A stretch of DNA of 64,000 nucleotides from Eledone cirrhosa (Eukaryota): the NCBI GenBank assembly GCA_964016885.1, contig OZ024751.1:558001-622000 (forward strand), given 5' to 3'. Position numbers and translations under genes: made by a program. Positions 1 through 12,600 of the stretch are shown here, piece after piece; within the stretch, counting starts at the first letter, position 1; each line of letters begins with the position of its first letter. The notes beneath the pieces were generated by a model that did not search any database, was not told where the DNA came from, and was given only the letters and a program-made list of their open reading frames with translations.

Positions 1-122
1 TTTATGATCTGAGTTCAAATCCCGCCGAGGTTAACTTTGCCTTTCATCCTTACGGGGTCGATAAAATAAAGTACCAGTAATGCACTGGGTTTTTGCTGGC
101 CTTGTACCAAAAGTAGAAACAA
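1..122 (+). mobile_element. tRNA-derived SINE family 1, 5' end cut by window
   Basis: B-box GAGTTCAAATCC followed by GCCTTTCATCCTTACGGGGTCGATAAAATAAAGTACCAG and tail CCAAAAGTAGAAACAA; same sequence recurs about ten times in the window. Confidence 0.85.
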
Positions 123-272
123 ATATATATATATAAATGGTCATTAGCAGACCGAGTTGCCATCACTTTGAGGGCGACAGGCCGAGGTGAAGACAGCTAG
201 TTGGTCAGTCGTCCTCTCTGTCTCTGATTTTTCGGACCCATGGTTTTTACATATTCCTTTGTTATATTTCAA

Positions 273-330
273 ATACCTGATGATATCACCGGATTCCTAT
301 GGAACCCGGTCATTGAAATGATCATAGTAT
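273..330 (+). ncRNA. Minimal type I hammerhead ribozyme motif (Penelope-associated)
   Basis: ATAC-CTGATGA-stem II (ACCGG/ATTCC..GGAA/CCGGT)-GAAA-TGATCA(palindrome)-TA-GTAT; stem I ATAC/GTAT. Confidence 0.6.
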
Positions 331-787
331 AATAAACCTTTCAAGGATTTACACCAGTCCAGCCTCCTGTTATTTTATTTATATATATATATATATGTAC
401 TTATAATGCACACACATTATATATCTCTCTCTATATATAAACAACTCCATCCAATACTGAGGTGTTTTTTTTAAAGCATTCTAAAAAATGTCAGCAGTCA
501 TATTAAAAATGGCGTCGTATTATATTTCATTTGGTAAAAAGAAAGAAGGAATACTTAATAAGGACAACAAATTAACTATATATGTGTAAAAGAATGGAGT
601 TTTGTTAGTGAAAACAATTTACAAGAGACAATGCGTGTGTGAATATGAAAATTAAGAAAAAGAAATATGTATGAGATATAGACAGTTGATTACTAAAATC
701 ACCACTAAACTCTTTTATAACAGTAAGATTAGCCCAGTCCTACCGTAACAAGTGGTGAGACAGTTTAACAGCCAACAACATGGAATA

Positions 788-1040
788 ATAGAGAGTGAGA
801 GAGAGACAGATAGTGATAGAGGCAAAGAAAGAGAGTGAGTGAGTGACAGAGACAGCGAGAAAGAGTGATAGAGGTAGAGGGAGCGAGAGGGAGTGACAGA
901 GACAGAGAGAAACAGTGTGAGAGAGAAACACAGATAATGATAGAGGCAGAGATAGAGAGAAAGATAGAGATAGTGATAGAGGTAGAGTGAGAGAGTGAAT
1001 GATAGAGACAGTGAGAAACCGAGAGTCGCAGACACACGCT
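788..1040. repeat. Degenerate (GA)n/(GATA)n/(GACA)n low-complexity tract
   Basis: Direct reading; explains ORFs 715-1110, 740-1084 and 765-1070. Confidence 0.9.
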
Positions 1041-1377
1041 TGTAGTGCGTATGCGTACGATATTGGCCATTCTGATTCTCGCATCGTAGGAGGAATTGTC
1101 TATTGTACACTTTATATATATACTAGCAAAACGGCCCGGCGTTGCTCGGGATTCTAAACAGAGTTTGGCATGTTTATCCCGCCTTTCTGAAACAGTACAG
1201 AGAAGTACGGAATACCTCGGCCTCGGGATGGTGTCTACATTTTGTGCTTATAAAAACAATTTGTCGTAGATTACCAGGGTTTTCTTCCGTGCGAAGAAAA
1301 TCAATACTTTATCGCAAAATAAATACTTTTGTTTATATTTTGTTAATGTTATGCAAAAATATCTGTACACGAATATA

Positions 1378-1454
<77 letters not shown>

Positions 1455-1460
<6 letters not shown>

Positions 1461-2516
1461 ATACTTTGGGAGGGTCATGTTACCAATAAGAAACACACGC
1501 ACCAGTTGCTTTCACTTCAATTTATTATAATAAATTTATAATAAATTTATAAATTTATAAATTTCTGGTTGGTTGGTTGGTTCCACAACCAGATAGTTGT
1601 TTATATATTGTTATAGTTCTTTCGTCACACACTCTGTGACCTCTTCAGTGACTGGCGATTCCTTTCTTTGTTTCTGTGCCTCTCCTTTGTTCTGTCCTAC
1701 GCCATTTTGTTTCTGTGTGTGTGTTGTGTGCTCAGTCTGCGCATGCGCCACATCCGGGTGTCTGTGTGTGTTTATTTTCATTTATTTATTTGTTTATTTA
1801 CATGTTACTGGTTGGTTGTTTGTTCTATGTGTGTGTGTGTTTTCATTTTGTCCTTAATTGTAAGTTGTGATGTTGCTGTTCCACTCATATTTTCTATTTA
1901 GTTTTGGTTGTAATTCTTTTATGTTTATTGCCTCTGTAATTTGTCTAAACATTGCGTCTTTTCTGTGTGTAGATTCTATTTTTATTTCTATGTTCTCTAA
2001 TTTACCCTTGTGTTCTATTTTAGCATGTTGGTAGAGTACAGATGATTCTTTACTATCTTGAAGGTCTCGCCAGTGTTCATTTATCCGTTCCCCTACACTA
2101 CGAGCTGTCTCACCTATGTACACTATATTTTTGTCTCTACATTGTCCTTCGGTACATCTTATGCTATACACTACATTTCTAGTTTTACAGTTAATATGGG
2201 GGCTTATTTTACAGGTTATACATTTCTTATCTATACATGAGGGTCTTTGAAAAGGGTATGTCTTGCTAATGAGTATTTTTACGGAGGTACCTGGTCTTTC
2301 TACTATCTTAATATTGAGTTTATGTTTATTTAGGGCCCTTCTAAATTTGTAAGCTAATTCACCTCTAGGGGTTGTATCGATGAACATTACACTCTGGTAT
2401 TTATTGCTATCATACCATGAGTTTATTCTATGGCAACATGACCCTCCCAAAGTATAACAATATCGGTTTCAACACACGATTTCAGATAAAGAATCTTGCT
2501 AAACAAATTCAGAAAC

Positions 2517-2520
<4 letters not shown>
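1455..2520 (-). mobile_element. Penelope-like retroelement 3' fragment with inverted pseudo-LTR piece
   Basis: Contains GIY-YIG ORF; 1455-1490 is inverted relative to about 2425-2462; sits between two (TA)n tracts. Confidence 0.85.
1854..2420 (-). pseudogene. Penelope-like GIY-YIG endonuclease C-terminus, 5' truncated
   Basis: C..KKC..C..CKTRNVVYSIRC..C..IVYIGETARSVGERINEH...RQITEAINI...PKLNRKYEW. Confidence 0.9.
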
Positions 2521-2591
<71 letters not shown>

Positions 2592-2745
2592 TAACAGATT
2601 AAAGTTTAAGCAAAGAATCGCTGCTTTCACCCTTAACGGGATCTTCTGAAACTAAAAAAATCAATCTGTGAACGCAGAAGTAAATATTTCGAAAAACGTA
2701 CACACTATATATATATGTATATATATATACACACACTATATATAC

Positions 2746-2780
<35 letters not shown>

Positions 2781-2806
2781 ATATATACATATATACACAC
2801 ACACAC

Positions 2807-2839
<33 letters not shown>

Positions 2840-3281
2840 TATATATATACATATATACACACACACACAGATAGCGTCATAATGTCGTAATGCAGACAGA
2901 TACTTTGCCTTTCATCCTTACGGGGTCGATAAAAAAAAGTACTCGTAATGTACTGGGTAATTGCCGGCCTTGTGCCAAAAGTAGAAACAATTATAAGAGC
3001 GCAACGTTATATTTATGTATCTATCTAAAAAGAAAGACCAAGAGAGAGAGAAAGAGATCGCTAAATCGCCTAATGCGGTCTCTAAGTCATTGAAAATTTG
3101 AAATACTTTTTGTTCAAAACACTCACAGGACCATAAATATTACATGTGTAACGTTTGAAAACAATCGGTTGGGTGGTTCTCGAGTTTTAGGGAGTCAGAC
3201 AGACAGACAGATAGACAGACATTCTCTGTTTTAGATATATAGATATATTGAAATCCTGTAAATGAAGACACACTCTCCTGT

Positions 3282-3349
<68 letters not shown>

Positions 3350-4142
3350 GGGGGGATTCAACGTATTTAAAAAATATATATATATAAGATGACAATAAGA
3401 TTCTTTAAAATCATTTAATAGCTTTAAGAAAGAATTTAGTTTGTCATTTCTATAATTTTACAATCATTACCATGTTCGGTTGCTTGTTTGGCTGTCATAT
3501 TCTGTTGTTTTGAAGGAGCAGGTAAGGGGAGGAATGTTTTCACCTGTTCTCACTGGTTACCAAAGGTATTATGATGATGATCGGATTACGTCATTTGTTT
3601 AGGTGGAAAAGAAAATCGATAGAAAACTTACTGCTACTACATGGAATAATCTCAAACGCATTTTTCTTTTGGGAATATTTCGATATAGGTATATAAAATA
3701 GCAGGTACTAATATGAAAGTGGGTATCATTGACAATAGATGTCCTTTGAAGAATATGGACAATCTCGTTCAGTTCACCGTATATCATAACGTATATACAC
3801 GTTAGGTTTACAGTTAGGGCTAGGTTGCGTTAGGTTTAGACTTAAGACAAGGTTATGTTAGATCCGTTAGGTTATGTTAAATTTAGAGATAAGGTTCCCT
3901 TGTCGGTTCGTGCGCGTGTCTGTAAGGGGAGCATGCGAAATAAATCCGGTGACGAAATATTTTGTCGTTGATACTCATGAAAATGAAAGGTATTTCCGTT
4001 TTTTCTTCTTTTTTTTTTGTAAAACCTTACTTTTTAGGGATTTTTTTTAATGGATAAACTAAAAGATATATTTCCAAATTATTTATTTGTGAATTTATTT
4101 TTCCCATACCGACGAGCTTCCTCACAACTGGCTGTTAGCAAT

Positions 4143-4227
4143 CTGTTGTCACCCACCAATAACATAAGTCGACAAGTTGAAGCTGTCGGATATATATTCC
4201 GGAAGAGAAAGAATCTTGCCCAAGGTT
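4143..4227 (+). pseudogene. Possible truncated FLYWCH N-terminal half (unit A), MULE-like
   Basis: LSPTNNISRQVEAVGYIFRKRKNLAQG resembles the S..G.....GY.Y.K start of FLYWCH; GGTTAG-rich subterminal-like tract at 3800-3895; no Cys/His half. Confidence 0.3.
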
Positions 4228-4781
4228 CCGATAAAACTTACATTCCATTCAATTTTATTTTATTGTCGAGTTTTCCTTCTCAATTTAATTCACTTACATT
4301 TTAATTGTTATTTTTATATACCTGAAGCGAAACACCTCCCTTTCGTCTGAAATATACCAATATTTTAAAGGTGTTCCTGTTTGAATTAGATCATTTTCAC
4401 GACTTATGGAGATAAAATAAGAAATTTGTAAAAAAAAAAATCTTTTAAAAAATAAAATCAATATTTTCAAACCGTCGTAATTGTTTATTTAATTTTTTTG
4501 TTCATTTTATTGATTTTTTGTCTGGGAGTTTCTTCTCTGAAGCCCTTCTGCTGTCTAGCTCTCCTGAGAGTTTCTTACCACTATATAAGTCCCACCTGAG
4601 AGGGGGCTGTGTAATTTCATGCACAACTGCTTTTGAATTAGATTAAAGATTAAGAAAGGTTTTTCATATATCGACCGATGGAAATCCTTGAACAGATCAT
4701 AGGTATTTCGGGTTTTACAAACATACACCCTCATCCAGGTGACCCAACCGAGGTTGGTCAAACCCCAGCATATGTCCAAGT

Positions 4782-5011
4782 CAGAGGCATAACTAGGGAA
4801 AATAGCGCCTATGGCAAGCAGTGAAATTGCGCCTCTGTCCAGCACTGTATTTTTACCTATCACCTAATAATTTACATAAATGGTTTAATGATCCAGCCAC
4901 CATAGTGTTCTCACCCATGATAGAGACAGATCATACATTTGAACGAGTTTCTCTTTTCACTCTCCTAGTCCAAGTGGCGCCCCCTTCATATGATGCCTAG
5001 TTACACTTCTG
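4782..5011. mobile_element. hAT-type MITE
   Basis: TIRs CAGAGGCATAACTAG / CTAGTTACACTTCTG; perfect 8-bp TSD GTCCAAGT at 4774-4781 and 5012-5019. Confidence 0.85.
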
Positions 5012-5529
5012 GTCCAAGTACTACTTATCTCAACCAAATACCTCCTTGATGCCCTCACTTGCTTCCACCTTGTTTTTCATGGCTCTCTTCCTGCTTGCTT
5101 CTGTGACATTCAGTGTTCTGTAGGTTGCGTAAAATAGGACGTTTATTTAGGACAAAAATGTAATTTTTTTTTATTTGAAAATTGAGGCTAGTCACGCTTG
5201 GGGATCCAACTGGATCAGTTGGAGACGGTTGCTTTTGACAGGGCCCGCTGGCGGGAGTGTTTGAGCACTCTGCCCCCACGACCTTCCCAGAAATAAGTGG
5301 GCGAAGAAGAAGAAAATTGAATCGCATTAATAGCTTTCACCGTATTTTTGACTACAGAAAATAGTCTAACAGGTCGTATAAGCCCCCAGAACTTGAGGGG
5401 GGGGGGGGCACCAACACGTGTGGGAATCGAACCCATACCTCGTATTTTTTTCCTTTCTGGGAGCTTATATGCCCTGTTATTATTAGACTATTTTCTAAAC
5501 ATTTGTTTATAATTAACAAGTCTGATTCA

Positions 5530-5940
5530 GTCTCTCGCTCATTCACACACACACAGACACACTCACACACACACACACACACACACACACTTATTTATAC
5601 ACACTGTTCACTCAAACTCTGTCTTACACATATATCTACACACACACACTCTCTCTCTATCTCACTCTCACACATTCATTCTTAAACACCGTCTCATTCA
5701 AAGTCTCTCTCTCTTTCTTTCTCCCACTCACACAAGCTCTCTCTCTCCCATTCACACACACTATCTCACTCTCACACACTCACTTCCACTGACCCTATCT
5801 CACACTCATTCATAAACAGTCTCACTCAAACTTTCTCTCTCTCTTTCTCTTTCTCACTCACACTTTCTCAACGCACACACACTATCTCACCCTCCCTCTT
5901 GCTCACCCACTCTCACACACACAATATCACTCAAACACAC
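5530..5940. repeat. Degenerate (CA)n/(CT)n tract
   Basis: Direct reading. Confidence 0.9.
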
Positions 5941-6059
5941 TGCAACGTAATTTACCTGTTAGTGCAGTAAATATATTCACTAAGTCTAGTGTGCTAACAA
6001 CAACACCTGTTGACTTGATATGACAACTTAAAAACGAGAATACTTAGCTCTCTCAGACG

Positions 6060-6660
6060 TTAATTCCACAAAAGATTAACGGAGACAACCTTGAAAAAAT
6101 ACCCCCCCCCCGCTTTTTCCAACATCCCCCCTTATTCCACGTCCGTTTATCCCCCCCCTTATTCCACCCCAGCTTATTCCATCTCCCTTATTCCGCCCTG
6201 CTTATTCCCCCCCCCCCTTATTCTTCCCCCTTCCTATTATTTGGGGCCCTAGGGTACAACTATTACTATTGTTAATAATCTTTTACAAGTCTACATCATT
6301 ACATGAAGTTGTTCTCTACACAGCACTAGCATCACTATTACTCTAATACTCTATTACGTGTTCCAGCCGACAGACTGAGGACATGCTGGGGCACTACCAC
6401 TATCTGGAAATGTTCCAATGATAAACTTATAAATGGTTACATCAGAAACGGATTTCATTTATGCGCCATTATGGTTAGCTCACTACCTTCCGGTCATTTA
6501 TCATTATGTAACAACACCTAGAGATTCTTTGGATATACCTTATTTCCGTGATTACTTTTCAATAACAATACGTATTCTTTTGTTTATGAGGTGCTGTATC
6601 CTCCGTCGGTTTCTACGATGAGCATTTAGTTGTTCAATTAATAGAACGTCCATTTCATAA
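6060..6660 (-). mobile_element. Probable MULE transposase C-terminal relic plus terminal repeat array
   Basis: Minus strand LLIEQLNAHRRNRRRIQHLINKRIRIVIEK resembles the C-terminus of animal MULE transposases; repeated CTTATTCC motif at 6130-6230 resembles a repetitive MULE TIR. Confidence 0.4.
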
Positions 6661-7013
6661 CTTTACGTCAGCTTTGTCCGCGGGGCGTAGCCCAAACACC
6701 GTCCCATGCTAGATCCAGAGCCCCTCACTCTCTCCCCCTTCCCTCTCATTTTCTCCCGTGACCCAAGAGTCCTTGCTTTCTCTCTCCCATTCCTCTCATT
6801 TATGGCATTTATAGTCCATTCCTCTACTTTCCCATACAGCCAGATCTGCCCTTCTTTAACCCTTCCCCCTTCCTCATTACTTCATTTTACATTTATCTTT
6901 CTTTTTCATATTTATGTAATCATCAATGGTTTTTAAGGCAACTTGTGTATATAAAATTGTATATATAAAATTGTATATATAAAATTGTATATATAAAATT
7001 GTATATATATAAA

Positions 7014-7052
<39 letters not shown>

Positions 7053-7057
<5 letters not shown>

Positions 7058-7248
7058 AAAAGGTATGACCCCGACGGCAGAGCTCAAGCCGTTTCGACGG
7101 CTATTTCAGTCAGTCCTGAAATAGCTGTCGAAACGGCTTGAGCTCTGCCGTCGGGGTCATACCTTTTCCTATCACCCACTCTACTACCCTAACTATTGAG
7201 TACTCTGGTGCGTTATGGTCCACCTGGTTCCTTACCACAATTCCCTCG

Positions 7249-7250
<2 letters not shown>
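7053..7250. repeat. 57-bp-arm palindrome plus tail, within (TA)n; probable Penelope pseudo-LTR remnant
   Basis: Arms 7053-7109 and 7116-7172 with one mismatch; the right arm and tail recur at 44590-44720. Confidence 0.8.
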
Positions 7251-7283
<33 letters not shown>

Positions 7284-7337
7284 ATTAGAAAGTGAACAAC
7301 ACAATATATAACTACTGCATTACCAAAGTTATATAAC

Positions 7338-7405
7338 TTTCATCTGATGAGCGAATAAGACATATGCTAATATTGTCTAGGGTCCAGAAACCTCTGGTAA
7401 TGGAG
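7338..7405 (+). ncRNA. Type I hammerhead ribozyme motif
   Basis: TTTCAT-CTGATGA-stem II (AGACA..TGTCT)-GAAA-CCTCTGG-TA-ATGGAG; homolog on minus strand at 39656-39723. Confidence 0.6.
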
Positions 7406-7610
7406 TAGTTATATACTGTGTAATACAGAGCTATTTATTGGAAAGTGAACACACTTTCCAATAAATAGCTCTGTATTACACATAGACACTCTTTTTTTCT
7501 TTGCTTTTTCTTCGGAAATATATATATATATGAAATGGTCGAGTATTCCAAACACGTGCAGAGCTTCCGTTACAGTTTTGGGGGTGGGGTGGGGCTTAAG
7601 TGTACATGAA

Positions 7611-7935
7611 TTGGCAGTATCGGTAGAGGGTCGGACATGCTTTCCAGCGTAGTTACGTCCCTTTACGATCTGAGTTCAAATCTCGCCAAGGTTAACTTTG
7701 CCTTTCATCCTTACGAGGTTGATAAAATAAAGTACCAGTAATGTACTGGGTAATTGCTGGCCTTGTGCCAAAAGTAGAAACAATTATTATTATTATGAGT
7801 TCAAATACCGCCGAGGTCAGCTTTGCCTTTCATCTTTACGGGGTCGATAAAATAAAGTACCACTTGGGTCGATTTAATCGACTTCCCGCCCTCCTTCAAA
7901 TTGCTGGCCTTGTGCCTATATCAGAAACAATTATT
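7611..7935 (+). mobile_element. Two tandem SINE family 1 copies
   Basis: A-box TGGCAGTATCGGT and B-box GAGTTCAAATC, shared core; second truncated copy from about 7795. Confidence 0.85.
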
Positions 7936-8329
7936 AGCTCACACTCTTTAATCACCAATACGAAACTAAGAAAGAAATTAAAAACATGATCATACTAACA
8001 TATTTAGAGTCAATAGAAAATCAGTGTAGTAAAAGCCAAGATCATTCAACAAGTTGCTATGTTATGAGAGGGTCTTAAACCCTAAAAACCCCTAGTGCTG
8101 GAAGGCTTGATGTGTATCCTTCCCTTCACATAATTCTCAAGTGAATTCAGAGTGATGTAACAAGGCTGCACATTTGAATTACATGTACAATCCATCCGAG
8201 GTTCTTCCACGCCATTTCCGTCTACATTCACGAAAGCTTGTGTCGACCCTAAATCTATGGCAAAGACAATTGCTCAATGTATTTACTACGCGAATCTGCA
8301 TTGAAACAATATCTATGGCAACCAAACAA

Positions 8330-8620
8330 TTTAAAATCTATTAAAACAGTGTATTTACGATGTAAAACATCATTTAAGATGGGAAGACTTGTAAAACTAG
8401 ATTACGGTATATCATCGCGTTTATGTTATAAAACTATGTTTAAACACTGTATTTATGATCTAAACTTAGAATAAAACTGTTTTTTTTTAAATGTAAAATC
8501 TATGAAACATTGTATTTTTTTTATGTAAAACTAGATCGAAACACTGTTTTAGACGTAAAACTCAGTTAATTATATAAACCGTGTTTATGGTGTAAAAACT
8601 CGATTAAAACGCTGTTTCTC
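8330..8620. repeat. Degenerate ~30-bp tandem repeat
   Basis: Recurring TGTAAAACTAGA(T)TAAAACACTGT(A)TTTA motif, about 9 units. Confidence 0.65.
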
Positions 8621-9196
8621 CACCTGGCAAAAAGGCTGCATTATATATTCCATCAATGCAACAAATTAAGGTGTAACTTTATTGACAAATTGATTTGTTA
8701 TTCTCTTCCCTGCACTCAATACACTCTAGATGATGATAACATATGCAATAAAATATTAAAGTATAATATCGAACACTGACTGCTGTTGTTCAATAAGACT
8801 GGTTTGATGGTTGTGGTAATGGTAAATCATGTTGCCTAGGAGAGCTGATAATTCTTCGAATGGGAAATAAGAAAGGAGAGATTTTTTGTCTCTCTTTTTT
8901 TTTAGGTTCTATATGTAATATGAAAGGGACGTTTTAAGACCCTGCTCTCGACTGACAATGGTGGGTTCGTATTTTAACACAAAAGAAGGTAACCAGGATG
9001 TATGCATTTGGCGTGCAATGGTTGTTGCTTGGCAGAGAGAATTGAGGTGTGATGATCAAGAATTATATCAAGAACTGAACAGCGAGAGGAATTATTTAAA
9101 TATGGATTAGAAGACATGGAATACAGAATATCGAAAGACTATTAACTGGTTATAGTTGGTTTGAGGAATATAATCAAGTATAGGGTTATTAAAGAA

Positions 9197-9313
<117 letters not shown>

Positions 9314-9679
9314 CAGAAAGAAAGAAAGACAGGGCGAAAGAGAGACCCTAGAAAAAGGGAAAAGACAGAAAAAGAGACTCATTTGTGATAGTGGAGTGAA
9401 TGAATAAAAATGAGCTGGTTATGTTTGATAATAAAGTTATGACTGGTGTAGTTAATTTAAAGGAGATTTGGCTGCTATTTCTAGCAGCTCGAGTGACCAC
9501 GTAGAAGCTCCCTTGTTAACTTAGCCTCGTCCATTCAAAGAATTAGTTTTTACTCCCCGCCCCACCCAAATCTTTATAGCAACACTAATATTTAACTAAG
9601 GGACGCTGGTATTGGCCTTGCAAGATAACTTCATCGCTCTACAACTGGAGGAAGACCCAACACCAATTTTATAAGATCA

Positions 9680-12600
9680 CTAGCAGCAGTACCCAGCGTT
9701 GCCTGGGTAGGTAAAATAATATCTGCTTTGATGAAAAGGTGTTGATCTTAGCGACTGCGAGTTTCTTGAAAATCGGTTGTAAGGTGTAGCAAATGGCGAA
9801 ATGTTGAGTGAAATCGTATGGAATATGTGGGAGGTGGAAAAAATCGTATTTTGAAGAGTTAAACGGCTGTCACGCCGTCCCTGAACAAAAAATGCAAAGT
9901 GTAAAGCTACTATAAGATGTGCAATGATAGGTTATATCGTAGTATAAAAGTTGAACCAAATAAATTGATTTATGTGTGAGGTGGAGCCGAAGTTTCGAAT
10001 TTGAACGAAATCAGTTGAAAAATGTGGGAGCTAGAGCCGAAAAGGCGGACATTTGAGCGAAAAGGTGGTATTTTCGAATATTTAAGCGGCTGCCACGCTA
10101 TTCCTGAACAAAAAAATCAACTTGTTTAAGTAGCGAGGTGGGTGACTGTTCCAGGGCTTCTCCCTCGCTGTATTCCGGGATAAGGTCTTCTCCATCCCGT
10201 CAGCCGGGACTACGTAGCGGACTGACCCTTAAGTTTTATTTATGGTGGCGGCGTGTGGATTTGATTTACTTCTATAAACCTACATACATACAAGGGGCCT
10301 CGTTTGCCTTAAAAATGTGAGGGGGACAAACCAACATTTGTTGGAGCATATTAGTATTGCTCATGGTGCCTTTCCCGGACCCTATCACATAAGTAAAATT
10401 TTACGCTAATTAAATTTTATAAACAGATGATAAGGGAAGACAGGTAAAAGAGAAAATGACTGTATTGGATGTTTGTCTGGTTACAGTATGAGGCGAGTCC
10501 GTGGTGTCTGTGTGATACAAAAAACAGTAAAAAAAATCTTCCAGATATAGCAGATTCTTCGTTGTACCGTTTGTGCATAGTATATGAACAATTCTAGGTG
10601 CTCCCACCTAGAATAGTGACCTCTAGGAGATGGTTCATCTTCTGCCTGACTGTAAAACGTGTATCATTGCATAGACGTGGTTGTTCCACGTTTCTCAAAA
10701 GGATGATGGAAGTTCCAATCTTTTATATTATATGTAGATATAAATATAGATAATTAATATAAAAGATGTCCGTCAATGTAAAAAAGGTCCCTATTTACTT
10801 GAAATGGTTTATACAAATGCCAACTTAATATGGATATGGACAACATGCTTATCTATAAGTGGTCAGCTATAATAATAAAACAACAAATTATATGACACAA
10901 AAATTTATTCAGTAATTTCCAGGCTCTTAGCCACTGAGTAATAGACAGTCAATATTTCCCAGAGTTCAACGCGGGGAGGTGACCTGGTTTGAACTCCAAA
11001 TGGCGGATCCTTCTACTTCGAAAATAGAATCGTTTTTCAATATTACTCTAGCCCTGGCCGGCCATAGGATCCAACCTTTTTGCCAGACTCAGCATATGAT
11101 GAGGTTTTATTACCACCGCAATCAGAAGCAATAAATTTGAAGGCAATTTCTACCAATACTTGTTGGTTTTTATTGTTCATTATCGACAATAAATGACATT
11201 GAACAGAAATGATAACTGTCAAAGCTCACAATACTGATCAAAGGACACCAATGTCCGAATCATTTACGTCGCTTATTGATAGTATTAAAGATATGCATAC
11301 ATCAGCTCAAAGCTTCATTATAGACAATATTCAGGGTTGTTCCTCTGTTAGTGGTATCAATTGCAAATGTTATACCATCAGGATCGCACACTCGAGATGC
11401 AGCAACATACAGTTGCCCATGGCTGAATGCTGGATCATTCAAGTAGACACCGACTCGCTTGAAAGTCTGTCCCTGTGCCTTGTTGACAGTCATGGAGAAG
11501 GCCAAATTGACAGGAAACTGTCTCCTTTGCCAAATGAATGACTGCAGATCTTCACTTGGTCTCAGCATGATCCTCGGAATGAGAACTGATCCTCTCTGCC
11601 TGGGAGTTTAGCTTCTAAAACTCTTCCGTTAATCAATCTCTCAACAATTAATCTGGTACTATTGCAAAGACCCATTTTATGATTGATATTTCTAAGCAAT
11701 ATAATCGGCATACCCTTTTTCAACCTCAAAATATTTGGGGAAATCTGGGTATTTGAAGTGAATTCAGATACTCAGTCGGAACATCCATATTGTTCTGCTG
11801 ATTAGGCTCCATTTCATCCGCACTGACGGTCAGCCATTCCTCTCCAGGAAACATTCCGGCTACTTGTGAATTTATTTCATCGACCGTTGCATTCGTATGT
11901 GTTAGAATAACGCGTTCCGATATCCAGGAGATATTCTGCCAAAAAGCATTCAAATTAGGGAACAGCCAGTCAATCAATGCTTGGCGGTCCAGTGGCATGA
12001 CCAAATGGTCTGGGATTCTTACAGTCACCAACGTGTGGCAATTCATCGTTTCCCAACTGCATCAACCATCGGCCGTATGTCTCAGCCTCTTCGTTTTGCT
12101 CGAACATACGAAGTCGCATATTATCGTGTAATCGCAAAACTCTGAAATGGCGCCACAACGGGGACCTTTTCAGACATGCATCGACAATTTGTGCTGTTTG
12201 AGCATTCCTAACAATTGGTAGCACCTGTCTGAAATCGCCACCAAGAACGATAGTCTTACCACCGAATGGCAAGTCACTACCGCAGATATCTCTCAAAGTT
12301 CTGTCCAATGCCTCCAGCAAATATCTGTGTGCCATTGGAGCCTCGTCCCAAATAATCAGAGACGTATTGCGTATAAGGCCCGCGAGTTCATTTTGTCCTG
12401 TAATGTTACAGACACTCATCCGGAGCCAATGGAGCCTTGAAGCATGAGTGGAAGGTCCTTCCACCACTCAGCAAAGTGGCAGCTATCCCACTGGTGGCCA
12501 CAGGGAGAGCAATCTTCCTCTAAGCTCTGACTGCCGATAACATAGTGTTGAAACAGAATGTCTTTCCGGTGCCTCCTGGAGCATCTATGAAAGCACAAAG

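Larger units (their letters stand above)
1123..3243 (-). mobile_element. Non-autonomous Helitron interrupted by a Penelope fragment and a SINE fragment
   Basis: Minus strand 5' TCTATATATCTAAAACAGAGAATG(TCTG)n; 3' hairpin CCCGAGCAACGCCGGG then CTAG|T at 1123; homologous to plus-strand copy 27526-28168. Confidence 0.75.

Noticed and set aside
715-1502. ORFs of 84-131 aa rich in SL, YI or similar dipeptides (also near 26400, 33300, 43400, 52300, 53300, 60850)
   Set aside because: Translations of (GA)n, (TA)n and (TG)n microsatellites
2460-2500. Hammerhead in the Penelope pseudo-LTR (CTGAAATCGTGTGTTGAAAC, also 28225)
   Set aside because: Core deviates from CTGANGA and no convincing stems I or II
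3599-3787. Minus-strand ORF as another FLYWCH unit
   Set aside because: No Cys/His ligand pattern or GY motif
3800-3895. GGTTAG-rich tract as interstitial telomere
   Set aside because: Too degenerate; more like a DNA-transposon subterminal tract
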